From NCBI GenBank assembly GCA_043818355.1, contig JBDRFX010000021.1:3228-67227 (forward strand): a DNA stretch of 64,000 nt, in the 5' to 3' direction. The notes beneath the pieces were generated by a model. The model made no database searches and was not told where the DNA came from. It worked only from the letters and a program-made list of their open reading frames with translations. Shown one piece after another: positions 55,901 to 64,000 of this stretch (position 1 is the stretch's first letter; every line of letters starts with the position of its first letter). The DNA comes from Patescibacteria group bacterium (lineage in GTDB: Bacteria; Patescibacteriota; Minisyncoccia; Minisyncoccales; DG-74-3). The position numbers and the translations under genes were made by a program.

Positions 55901-56524
55901 ATGATTAATGCCTCACAAATAATTTTCTTTTTACTTGCCTATTTTTTGGGTTCATTTCCAACGGCCTATTTAATTGTTAAAAAATTTGCTAACAAAGACA
56001 TAAGAGAAGAGCAGTCTAAGAATGTTGGCTCAATGAATGTTATGAGAATTACTGGCAAGGTTCATTTATTTCTTCTGTCTGTTTTGGGAGATGCAGGAAA
56101 AGGAGCCTTAGCAGTATTGATTCCTCAATGGTTAGGACATGGAGATTTATCAATCGCGACAGCTTCATCTTTTGGAGTTATTTTAGGACATTGCTATTCA
56201 ATATATTTCAAAATGCTTGATGGGCATTTTTATGGAGGAAAAGCCCAAGCTTCTTTGATAGGAGTTCTTGGTATTTTGAATTTTAAATATTTGCTTCTTC
56301 CTTGGGCGAGCCTTTCTATTTTATTTGTTTTGGCCACCCAAACATTCTTTTTCGGTCAATTTATGGCCAATCTTTTATTGCCATTAGTGGGATATTATTT
56401 AGTACCAGAGTATTCTATAGCCAGCCTATTAATGGCATTGCCAATATTTATAAAGCAATGGCCACATTTTATTCCTGCCCTGAAGGGAGCAAGACCCAAA
56501 TGGTATTTTAAGAAAAAAAACTAA
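55901..56524 (+). CDS. plsY: PlsY-family (acyl-phosphate:glycerol-phosphate acyltransferase) membrane protein, divergent paralog 1
   Basis: 207 aa. LLAYFLGSFPTAYLIVKKF...NVGSMNVMRITGK...GDAGKG matches the PlsY layout, but the GSGNxGATN motif is degenerate. Confidence 0.6.
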   Translation: MINASQIIFFLLAYFLGSFPTAYLIVKKFANKDIREEQSKNVGSMNVMRITGKVHLFLLSVLGDAGKGALAVLIPQWLGHGDLSIATASSFGVILGHCYSIYFKMLDGHFYGGKAQASLIGVLGILNFKYLLLPWASLSILFVLATQTFFFGQFMANLLLPLVGYYLVPEYSIASLLMALPIFIKQWPHFIPALKGARPKWYFKKKN

Positions 56525-56525
56525 C

Positions 56526-57647
56526 ATGCCTAAAACTATCATTGTTGGTGCGGGACCTGCTGGTTTAATGGCCGCTAGATATTTAGAGGATTTTCTTATC
56601 CTTGAGAAAAAAAAAGAAATTGGCAGACCGGTTCAATGCGCAGAGGCTATCAATAAGGGAGCCTTAGAAAAACTAGGCATAAAACCAGATTCTAGTTGGA
56701 TTTCATCTACCATCAACGAGATTGAGTTAGTTGCGCCATCTGGTCAATCTTTCACACCAAAGGCAAATGGTGCGGGTTTTATTTTGGACAGAATCCTTTT
56801 TGAAAAATTCTTAGCTCAAGGATTTGAAGATAAAATTAAATTAAATACCAAGGTAGTTGAGATTAAGAGACAGAATGGGAGATGGAAGATTAAAACAGAA
56901 TCAGGAGAAACATATGACTGCCAATATTTGATCGGAGCTGATGGTCCGGCTTCTATTGTTAGGAGAAGTATTTTTAATAGTTCTCCTAAGATTTCACCTT
57001 CCATCCAATATCTAGTTAAAACTGAAAAGGATATTTTAGCAGAAAGAATAAGAATATATTTTGATAACGAGAAATTTCCTCACGGATATGCTTGGGTGTT
57101 CCCCAAGTCTAGCCATACGGCCAATATTGGCTTGGGAGGTAAGGGAAATTTAAAAGAATCGTTTGATTATTTTATGGAAAAGGTCGTGCGAAAAGAGTTT
57201 GGAAACTACGAGCTAATAAAAAATATTAGTGGTTCTATCCCTTCTGGAGGAGCTAAAATGAAGCTTTTTAAAGACAATGCTCTTCTGGTTGGAGATGCTG
57301 GAGCATTGGCTGATCCTGTTTTTGATGGAGGGATTAAAAATGCCATGTTCTCAGGGAAGATTGCGTCAGAGTGTATTCTAGAAAATAAAGCTTATCTCTA
57401 TGAAAAAAGAATTAAATCAATGTCATTTCTTGATCCAGATTTAATCTTAGCCAAGAAATTAATCTCCTCTTTACCGAACTCTGTTTTTAACGTTCTTGCT
57501 GAAATTATTAATCAAGAAAATGCCACTGAAGTAAACTTTTCGAAAATATTGTTTTTAGCTTTAAAAAACCCAGAATCAAGAAAGAGCATATTAAAATTAT
57601 CAAGAATATTTTTTATCTTAAGGAAAAGCGAAGATAGTTTCGGATAA
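56526..57647 (+). CDS. Geranylgeranyl reductase-family FAD-dependent oxidoreductase
   Basis: 373 aa. IIVGAGPAGLMAARYL dinucleotide fold, PVQCAEAI, GADGPASIVRR. Confidence 0.7.
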   Translation: MPKTIIVGAGPAGLMAARYLEDFLILEKKKEIGRPVQCAEAINKGALEKLGIKPDSSWISSTINEIELVAPSGQSFTPKANGAGFILDRILFEKFLAQGFEDKIKLNTKVVEIKRQNGRWKIKTESGETYDCQYLIGADGPASIVRRSIFNSSPKISPSIQYLVKTEKDILAERIRIYFDNEKFPHGYAWVFPKSSHTANIGLGGKGNLKESFDYFMEKVVRKEFGNYELIKNISGSIPSGGAKMKLFKDNALLVGDAGALADPVFDGGIKNAMFSGKIASECILENKAYLYEKRIKSMSFLDPDLILAKKLISSLPNSVFNVLAEIINQENATEVNFSKILFLALKNPESRKSILKLSRIFFILRKSEDSFG

Positions 57648-57654
57648 TTTAATT

Positions 57655-58491
57655 TTAGATTTTTAGGCTTAAGATCAGAGCCAATAAAACAAAAAACATT
57701 GCCAGCTTAGTTGTCTTCTTGTTGCGAGTTGGGCCTTGGAATAGAGAATAAAGAAAAAGAGTGTCTCCTAGAAGAATAGTTTTTAGATAGTTAGCCTTTA
57801 AGAGGCCAGAGAAATATGGTAATGGAGATAAAAGGATAGCAAAAGCAATAAATCCTCTAGCTATTTCTCTGGCAGTTTTTATCCCAGAAGCTATTGGCAA
57901 GGTGTCAGAATTTACAGCTTTGTCACCCTTAATATCTTCTATGCTTTTGAAAATTTCCCTTCCCATATTGGCCAAGAAAGACAAAGTAAACATTATTCCT
58001 GTAAGTTGAAAGTTAGAAGTTATAAGGGCTCCGAAAATAAAGACAGAAGCTGAGAGCCAGCTTACAAGTATATTGCCCAATAGCCACCATCTTTTATAGA
58101 TTTTAGCGTAAAAGAATTCAACCACAGTGTTGGCTAGTGCTAAAATAAAACAATTGATATTGATCATAAAAGCAAATATGAGGCCTAGGGCAAACATGAC
58201 AAGACTATAATAGAAAGCTTTCTCGCGGGATATTTGACCGGATGGAATGGGACGTTCCGGAGCATTAATTTGATCTATTTCATAGTCATAGTAATCATTG
58301 ATTACCATTCCAGCAGAGGTTATAAAAAAGACAGAAAGAGCAATATATAAAAAGAGAATAGAAAAATTAGATCCCGAAATAAGAGCGCCGACGATGGCGC
58401 CCATGGCTCCTAGTAAAGATGTTTCTGGTCTGAGGATTTTTAAATAAGGATTCATATGTTTTGTGTATATGTAGTATGATAAGTAAAACAA
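57655..58491 (-). CDS. UbiA-family prenyltransferase (DGGGP synthase-like)
   Basis: 278 aa, 8-9 TM. MVINDYYDYEIDQINAPERPIPSGQIS (NDxxDxxxD...RPxxSG) and a second Asp-rich region. Confidence 0.75.
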   Translation of the reverse strand: MFYLSYYIYTKHMNPYLKILRPETSLLGAMGAIVGALISGSNFSILFLYIALSVFFITSAGMVINDYYDYEIDQINAPERPIPSGQISREKAFYYSLVMFALGLIFAFMININCFILALANTVVEFFYAKIYKRWWLLGNILVSWLSASVFIFGALITSNFQLTGIMFTLSFLANMGREIFKSIEDIKGDKAVNSDTLPIASGIKTAREIARGFIAFAILLSPLPYFSGLLKANYLKTILLGDTLFLYSLFQGPTRNKKTTKLAMFFVLLALILSLKI

Positions 58492-58582
58492 GAAAAAATT
58501 GCAATATAGCTATCCACATATTACAATTGTGAACATCAGTTCTAATTGTAAAATTATTAATTAAAAACATTTAAGAATTTAT

Positions 58583-59680
58583 ATGGCTGATTTAAATGAA
58601 AAAAAAGAAAGTCAATTCGTTGAATATTTGGATCAAATGAAGCCCAAGATAGATGACATTATTAATAAGTATATGCCAAGAAAGGCTTCGGAAAAGTGGG
58701 CAGATTTTGTTTTTGGAAAGCCTCATTATGCCTATAGCTTAGAGGCAGCCGAAGCCACATTGTTGAATCCTTTTTGGGATCTTATGGACAGGGGAGGTAA
58801 AAGATGGAGACCAGTTCTGTTTTTATTAATAGCGGAAGCTATTGGTGGAGATATAGAAAAAATTAAAGATATAGTTTTAGTTCCAGAGATTGTTCATAAC
58901 GGAACATTAATGATAGATGATATTGAAGATCAGGGAGAGCTTAGGCGAGGAAAACCTTGTATTCATAAGATATTTGGAGTAGATGTTGCTATTAATGCCG
59001 GGAATTTCATGTATTTTTATCCTTTATTGGCTTTTTCTAAAAATAAAGAGAAATTCAGTCCAGAGATTTTATCTAAAGCCTATGAGGTTTATGCACAAGA
59101 AATGATGAACGTTGCTCTTGGTCAAGGTACAGATATTTTTTGGCACAATGGTAGGGCAGTTAATATTTCAGAAGATGAATATTTGCAGATGTGTGCATTT
59201 AAAACAGGATGTCTTTCTAGAATGTCAGCAAAGTTAGCAGTTATTTTTTCTGAAGGTTCTGAAGAGCTTGTAGAAGCTGCGGGGAGAGTAGCTGAAGCCA
59301 TTGGTGTTGCATTCCAAATTCAGGATGACATACTTGACGTTGTTGCTTCAGACGAAGGGAGGACTGATTTTGGAAAGGCATTTGGTAACGACATTAAAGA
59401 AGGAAAAAGAACTTTAATGGTTATTCATGCTTTGCAAAAAGCTTCAGAGGAAGATAAAGTCAGATTGATAGAGATTTTAGATAAACACACAGATGATATG
59501 GATGAAAGAAGAGAGGCAATTGAGATTATTAAAAAATATGACAGTATTAATTATGCTAGGGGAAAAGCAAAAAAAATTATGGCTGATGCTTGGGCAGAAG
59601 CAAATAAATTGCTTTCAGAGTCAGAAGCAAAAACAAGATTAGAAGAATTTGTTAATTTCTTAATAACAAGAAAAATATAA
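58583..59680 (+). CDS. trans-Polyprenyl diphosphate synthase (GGPP synthase-like), with N-terminal extension
   Basis: 365 aa. First Asp-rich motif LMIDDIEDQGELRRGKP and second FQIQDDILDV. Confidence 0.8.
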   Translation: MADLNEKKESQFVEYLDQMKPKIDDIINKYMPRKASEKWADFVFGKPHYAYSLEAAEATLLNPFWDLMDRGGKRWRPVLFLLIAEAIGGDIEKIKDIVLVPEIVHNGTLMIDDIEDQGELRRGKPCIHKIFGVDVAINAGNFMYFYPLLAFSKNKEKFSPEILSKAYEVYAQEMMNVALGQGTDIFWHNGRAVNISEDEYLQMCAFKTGCLSRMSAKLAVIFSEGSEELVEAAGRVAEAIGVAFQIQDDILDVVASDEGRTDFGKAFGNDIKEGKRTLMVIHALQKASEEDKVRLIEILDKHTDDMDERREAIEIIKKYDSINYARGKAKKIMADAWAEANKLLSESEAKTRLEEFVNFLITRKI

Positions 59681-60462
59681 TGCAAAAAATAGGAAAAGTA
59701 GAAAAATATATTCAAGATAAAATTGCTAAAGAGGGTGCTGTTTTAGTGATCTTAATTGATCCTTGCGATTATCAGAGCCCTCAAAAAGCAATAGAAACAG
59801 CGGTTCTTGCTTCTAAAGCAGGAGTTGATGTTATTTCTATTGGTGGTAGCACAGAAGCTCAAGGTCAATTATTAGACGAAGTAACCAAAGGAATAAAGGA
59901 AAAAATTAAAACTCCTACTTTGTTATTCCCAGGCAACATTGCCACAATATCTAGTTATGCGGATGCAATAATGTTCATGTCTTTATTGAATTCCAGAAAT
60001 CCTTATTGGATTTCTCAAGCTCAAATGTTAGCAGCTCCAGTGATTAGAAAATCTAAAATAGAGCCAATTCCTATTGGATATATTCTGGTGTCCCCAGGAG
60101 GAACAGCTGGCTGGGTTGGAGATGCTAATTTGATACCAAGAAACAAGCCAAAAATTGCATCAGCCTTAGCCTTATCTGCTGAATATTCTGGCCAAAGAAT
60201 GGTTTATACAGATGTAGGATCAGCTTCACCCGAACATGTTCCTTTAGAAATGATTTCTATGGTTAGTAAAACAATTTCAGTTCCATATATTGTTGGTGGT
60301 GGAATTAAAAATCCAGAACAGGCAGGGAAGGTTGTTGAGGCGGGAGCTGATGTGTTGTTTGTTGGAACAGCAGCAGAAAATTCAAAAGACGTTAAAAAGC
60401 TTGTTGGAGAGTTTGTGAAGATTATTAAAGAAAAAGGCAAAGAAAAGTTAAAAAATAAATAG
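59680..60462 (+). CDS. GGGP synthase / PcrB-family TIM-barrel glycerol-phosphate prenyltransferase
   Basis: 260 aa. VLVILIDPCDY, ISIGGSTEA, C-terminal phosphate-binding loops YIVGGGIKN and VLFVGTA, typical of the (hepta/geranylgeranyl)glyceryl phosphate synthase fold. Confidence 0.6.
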   Translation: MQKIGKVEKYIQDKIAKEGAVLVILIDPCDYQSPQKAIETAVLASKAGVDVISIGGSTEAQGQLLDEVTKGIKEKIKTPTLLFPGNIATISSYADAIMFMSLLNSRNPYWISQAQMLAAPVIRKSKIEPIPIGYILVSPGGTAGWVGDANLIPRNKPKIASALALSAEYSGQRMVYTDVGSASPEHVPLEMISMVSKTISVPYIVGGGIKNPEQAGKVVEAGADVLFVGTAAENSKDVKKLVGEFVKIIKEKGKEKLKNK

Positions 60463-60463
60463 T

Positions 60464-61129
60464 ATGGCCATTAATTCTGTTTTGTTAATATTTTTGTCTT
60501 ATGCATTGGGATCTATTCCTTTTGGCTATATTTTTACGAATCTTTTTAGTGATAAAAATATTTTAGAGATTGGTTGGAAAAAAACATCAGGCAGTAATGT
60601 TTTGAAGAATGTTGGTTTTGTGCCAGGACTCTTAACAGCACTATTTGATATATTTAAGGGTTATCTTGCTATTAAGATGGCGCAATATTTTGGAGAGCCA
60701 AATTTAGTGCAAGCTTTATGTGGAGTGGCTGCAGTTATTGGTCATAATTGGTCTTTGTTTTTAAACTTTAATGGAGGAAGAGGAATAGGAACTTTTGGAG
60801 GAGTATTGTTGGCCTTTAACTCAACTCTTTTCTATATAGCTTTGAGCTTAGTTGTTTCTTTCGGAATAGTTTGGAATGCTTCAATCGGTACAATCCTGGC
60901 TTTATTTGCCACTATTTTTTATGCTAATGTTTTCGGACAAGCTGATTCAGCTGGCTTATTCGGTAAAATAGTTTTAATCCCGATTTTTCTTAAAAGATTA
61001 AGTCCAATTAAAGAGTTGAAAGATCCGGAATATAGAAAAAAAGTATTGCTCAATCGTATTATTTTTGACGATGAAGTATCTAAAGACTTCAGAGTTAAGA
61101 GGATAATAAAAAAATTGACAGATAGATAA
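60464..61129 (+). CDS. plsY: PlsY-family glycerol-phosphate acyltransferase, paralog 2
   Basis: 221 aa. LLIFLSYALGSIPFGYIFTNLF...KKTSGSNVLKNVG...FDIFKGYLAIKMA. Confidence 0.65.
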   Translation: MAINSVLLIFLSYALGSIPFGYIFTNLFSDKNILEIGWKKTSGSNVLKNVGFVPGLLTALFDIFKGYLAIKMAQYFGEPNLVQALCGVAAVIGHNWSLFLNFNGGRGIGTFGGVLLAFNSTLFYIALSLVVSFGIVWNASIGTILALFATIFYANVFGQADSAGLFGKIVLIPIFLKRLSPIKELKDPEYRKKVLLNRIIFDDEVSKDFRVKRIIKKLTDR

Positions 61130-61185
61130 AGTATGGTATACTTTAACGTAGTCCGTTGAAAAACGGATATTTTAATTAAAAAAAT

Positions 61186-62451
61186 ATGGATATAAAAAAT
61201 TTTGTATCAGTTGTGAATGAAATTGCCGAAGAAAAAGGTATTTCTGCTGAAAAAGTGTTTGAAACTATTGAACAAGCGATAGCAGCAGCATATAAAAAGG
61301 ATTATGGCGAAAGAGGTCAAATCATTCAGGCTAAGCTTGATATAGAAACAAGCAAGCTTTTGTTTTGGCAAATAAAAAAAGTGGTAGAAGAAAGTATGAT
61401 TTATTCAGATGAAGAACTTGAACAAATGAAAGAAGATGAAATGGAAAGAATAGAAGATCCAGAAGAAGGAAAGAAAATTAGATTCAATCCAGAAAAGCAT
61501 ATAATGCTTGGGGATGCTCAAAAAATTCAAAAAGATATTCAAGTTGATGAAGATTTAAAAATTCCTCTTGAAATGCGTGAAGAATATGGAAGAATAGCAG
61601 CTCAAACTGCTAAACAGGTTATCATGCAGAAATTAAGAGAAGCAGAGAGAGAAAGTGTATTTACAGATTATAAAGACAAGGAAGGAGAAATTATCTCAGG
61701 AATTATACAGAGAATTGAGAATAACAATGTTTTTGTTGATATTGGAAAAACCCTTGGAATTTTAATTAGAGAAGAGCAGGTTCCCGGTGAATTTTATAGA
61801 CCAAATCAAAGATTAAAATTCTTTGTTGTTAAGGTGGAAGATACAACCAAGGGAGCCAAAGTCTTTTTGTCTAGAAGTTATCCTAAATTGATTACTAAGC
61901 TTTTTGAATTAGAAGTTCCAGAAATAGCTGATAATCAGGTTGAAATAAAATCTATTGCCAGAGAAGCAGGTTCTAGAACAAAGATTGCAGTTTTTTCTTT
62001 GGCTGAAGGCATAGACCCAATTGGAGCTACTGTTGGTCAAAGAGGAACAAGAGTGCAAGCAGTTATTAATGAATTGGGAGGAGAAAAGATTGATGTTATT
62101 GAATGGTCTGATGATCCAGCAAAATTTATTGCCAATGCATTATCCCCTGCCAAAGTTTTTGAAGTTAAGATTTTACCTAAAAATAAAGTAGTTTGCTTGG
62201 TTCCAGAAGATCAGCTTTCTTTAGCTATTGGGAAGGACGGGCAGAACGTTAGATTAGCTGCTAAGTTAACTGGCTGGAAGATTGATGTTAAAAGTGTTGA
62301 CGATGATAGTGTTGATGATATTGTGAAGAGGGCGGAAGAAGAGGTCTTGGAAGAAGCAAAGCCAGTCAAGAAAGCGAAGAAGGTTAAAAAAGAAAAAAAA
62401 GAAAAGAAAGAAACCAAAAAAACCAAGATTAAAGTAAAAAAAGAAAAATGA
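61186..62451 (+). CDS. nusA: Transcription termination/antitermination factor NusA
   Basis: 421 aa. N-terminal domain, S1, two KH domains, Lys-rich C-terminal tail. Confidence 0.9.
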   Translation: MDIKNFVSVVNEIAEEKGISAEKVFETIEQAIAAAYKKDYGERGQIIQAKLDIETSKLLFWQIKKVVEESMIYSDEELEQMKEDEMERIEDPEEGKKIRFNPEKHIMLGDAQKIQKDIQVDEDLKIPLEMREEYGRIAAQTAKQVIMQKLREAERESVFTDYKDKEGEIISGIIQRIENNNVFVDIGKTLGILIREEQVPGEFYRPNQRLKFFVVKVEDTTKGAKVFLSRSYPKLITKLFELEVPEIADNQVEIKSIAREAGSRTKIAVFSLAEGIDPIGATVGQRGTRVQAVINELGGEKIDVIEWSDDPAKFIANALSPAKVFEVKILPKNKVVCLVPEDQLSLAIGKDGQNVRLAAKLTGWKIDVKSVDDDSVDDIVKRAEEEVLEEAKPVKKAKKVKKEKKEKKETKKTKIKVKKEK

Positions 62452-63386
62452 AAGAAGTCATTGTAATTGGTCATAAAAATCCTGATACAGATTCTGTGGT
62501 TTCTGCCATAGTAATGAGTCAGTTAATTAATCAGGCTCAAGGTCCTGTTTCTGGAAATGCTATTCCTAAAATATCAGGAAGGCCAAATAAAGAAACAGAA
62601 TTTGTTTTAAATCATTTTGAACAGGATGCTCCAGACATAGTTGAGAGTTTGGTTGGGGAGGATGTGTTTTTAATAGATCATAGTGAATTTTCTCAATCTG
62701 TTGATGGAATTGAAGAAGCCAATTTGGTTGGGGTTTTAGACCATCACAATATGGGAGGAATTAAAACAGCTTCTTCTATATTCTATAAGGCTGAACCCAT
62801 TGGTAGCACGGCTACAATTATAGCTAAGATTTTTTCTGGACGTAATATTGAGCTTAATAAAAAACAAGCCGGCTTATTGTTGGCTGCTATTATTTCAGAC
62901 ACTTTAAAATTTACCTCTCCCACCACAACTAAAATAGATAAAGATGTTGCTCAAAAATTAGTTGAAATTTCTGGAGAAGATATTGATCAATTAGCAGAAG
63001 CTATGTTTGAAGCAAAGTCAGATATTTTTGGAATTTCTGCTTTGGAATTAGTTTCTAAAGATTATAAGGAATTTGAAGTTGGAGGCAAGAAATTTGGTAT
63101 TGGCGTTTGGGAAACAGTAAAGCCAGAAAAAATAGAAGCATTAAAAGAAGAAATATTATTTTCTTTAGAAAAAACCAAAGAAGAAAAAGGATTAGATTTA
63201 ATATTCTTTGGCATAGTAGACATTATTGGAAATAAAACAAAAGTTATCTTTTTAGATTCAGACAAAGAAGCATTAGAAGAAGTGTTTGGAATTCAATCAA
63301 ACAACAATAGTCTTGTATTAGAAGGAGTGGTTTCAAGAAAGAAACAGATGGCTCCATTAGTAATTAACTATTTTGAAAAAAAATGA
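62448..63386 (+). CDS. ppaC: DHH/DHHA2 family II (Mn-dependent) inorganic pyrophosphatase-like
   Basis: 312 aa. IGHKNPDTDSVVSA and LDHHN DHH motifs plus a C-terminal DHHA2 region. Confidence 0.7.
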   Translation: MKEVIVIGHKNPDTDSVVSAIVMSQLINQAQGPVSGNAIPKISGRPNKETEFVLNHFEQDAPDIVESLVGEDVFLIDHSEFSQSVDGIEEANLVGVLDHHNMGGIKTASSIFYKAEPIGSTATIIAKIFSGRNIELNKKQAGLLLAAIISDTLKFTSPTTTKIDKDVAQKLVEISGEDIDQLAEAMFEAKSDIFGISALELVSKDYKEFEVGGKKFGIGVWETVKPEKIEALKEEILFSLEKTKEEKGLDLIFFGIVDIIGNKTKVIFLDSDKEALEEVFGIQSNNNSLVLEGVVSRKKQMAPLVINYFEKK

Positions 63387-64000
63387 ACATATCTGTAACA
63401 AAATTACCAAAATCAGAAATAGAGCTATTATTTGAAATTTCTGTTGAAGAATTTGAAAAACATATTGATCAGGCAATTAAAAATTTAGGAGTCAATATTG
63501 AAGCTCCTGGTTTTAGAAAGGGAAACGCTCCCAAAGAGATAGTAGAAAAACAGATTGGAGAAGAAAAGATTTTATTTGCAGCCGCTGACCTAGCTATTCA
63601 AGAAAACTATATTAAGGCGCTAGATGAAAAAGGAATTGAAGTAGTAGCATCTCCAAAAATAGAAATTGTGAAATTAGCCAAAGACAATCCTTTTGAATTT
63701 AAAGCCACTACAGCTGTTTTACCAGAAATAGAGCTTCCCTCTTACAAAGAGATTGTTGGTAAGCTAAAGAAAAAATCAGTTGAAGTTACCAAAGAAGAAA
63801 TAGAAAAGATTAGAAAAGAAAAGGAGAAATGGGAGATAGAAAAATTAAGACAAGAAATGTTAGAAAAAATAGCCGAGAAAGCTAAAATAGAAATTCCAGA
63901 AACTCTTTTAGAACAAGAGAAATTAAGAATGTTGGAGAATTTTAAAAAAGGAGTAACTGGAAACCTACAGATTGGTTTTGAAGAATATTTAAAAAAAGTA
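63383..64000 (+). CDS. tig: Trigger factor (N-terminal part; gene runs off the window)
   Basis: Starts MNISVTKLPKSEIELLFEISVEEF...APGFRKGNAPKEIVEK. The ATG overlaps the ppaC-like TGA (ATGA). Confidence 0.85.
   Translation, partial: MNISVTKLPKSEIELLFEISVEEFEKHIDQAIKNLGVNIEAPGFRKGNAPKEIVEKQIGEEKILFAAADLAIQENYIKALDEKGIEVVASPKIEIVKLAKDNPFEFKATTAVLPEIELPSYKEIVGKLKKKSVEVTKEEIEKIRKEKEKWEIEKLRQEMLEKIAEKAKIEIPETLLEQEKLRMLENFKKGVTGNLQIGFEEYLKKV

Noticed and set aside
1-64000. CRISPR array, prophage or IS element
   Set aside because: No regularly spaced direct repeats, and no transposase, integrase, recombinase or phage structural genes. The tRNA cluster at 49.3-51.6 kb has no flanking attachment-like direct repeats.

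Overview
AT-rich (~30-35% GC by eye), gene-dense chromosomal window with mostly short intergenic spacers. Many proteins are small, there is a lamin-tail-domain (LTD) protein, a stand-alone PilB ATPase, a minimal VirB4/VirB6-like cluster, and Shine-Dalgarno signals are weak. By inference this fits a Candidate Phyla Radiation (Patescibacteria)-like bacterium using genetic code 11: TGA is a functional stop at rnpA and at the pyrophosphatase (ppaC-like) gene. The window contains the replication origin. It shows the textbook dnaN-dnaA (minus) | oriC with two tandem DnaA boxes | rpmH-rnpA-yidC-jag (plus) arrangement. Other housekeeping genes are greA, uvrB, rpsT, holA, tsaE, yebC, ruvC, tyrS, a class A PBP, ksgA, rpsO-pnp, cca, nusA, ppaC-like, tig and three tRNAs (Lys-CTT, Arg-TCG, Ala-CGC). 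Two regions look like accessory or lineage-specific systems. (1) A tightly packed minus-strand operon at 32.2-42.6 kb encodes a minimal type IV secretion-like apparatus. It has a VirB4-family ATPase split by an in-frame TAA into N- and C-terminal ORFs, a VirB3/PrgI-like small membrane protein, a VirB6-like polytopic protein with a long hydrophilic tail, and a giant Cys-rich secreted protein. Three proteins, one of them in a separate tRNA-flanked locus, share a C-terminal pilin-like two-helix module. The operon is translationally coupled to ksgA. (2) A lipid island at 51.6-61.1 kb combines bacterial acyl-lipid genes (FakA, two divergent PlsY-family genes) with an apparently complete archaeal-type isoprenoid ether-lipid gene set. 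That set comprises a GGGPS/PcrB-family TIM-barrel prenyltransferase, a UbiA/DGGGPS-like prenyltransferase, a polyprenyl synthase, a geranylgeranyl reductase, a CarS/DUF46-like protein and a CDP-alcohol phosphatidyltransferase. Also present are an Elp3-like radical-SAM/GNAT protein, an EndoQ-like PHP nuclease, a two-component module (sensor kinase, two single-domain receivers, a binding protein, an orphan sensor-like membrane protein), several peptidoglycan enzymes, an NYN-domain gene inserted in the rpsO-pnp operon, and several candidate structured RNA elements. No CRISPR array, transposase or integrase was seen.
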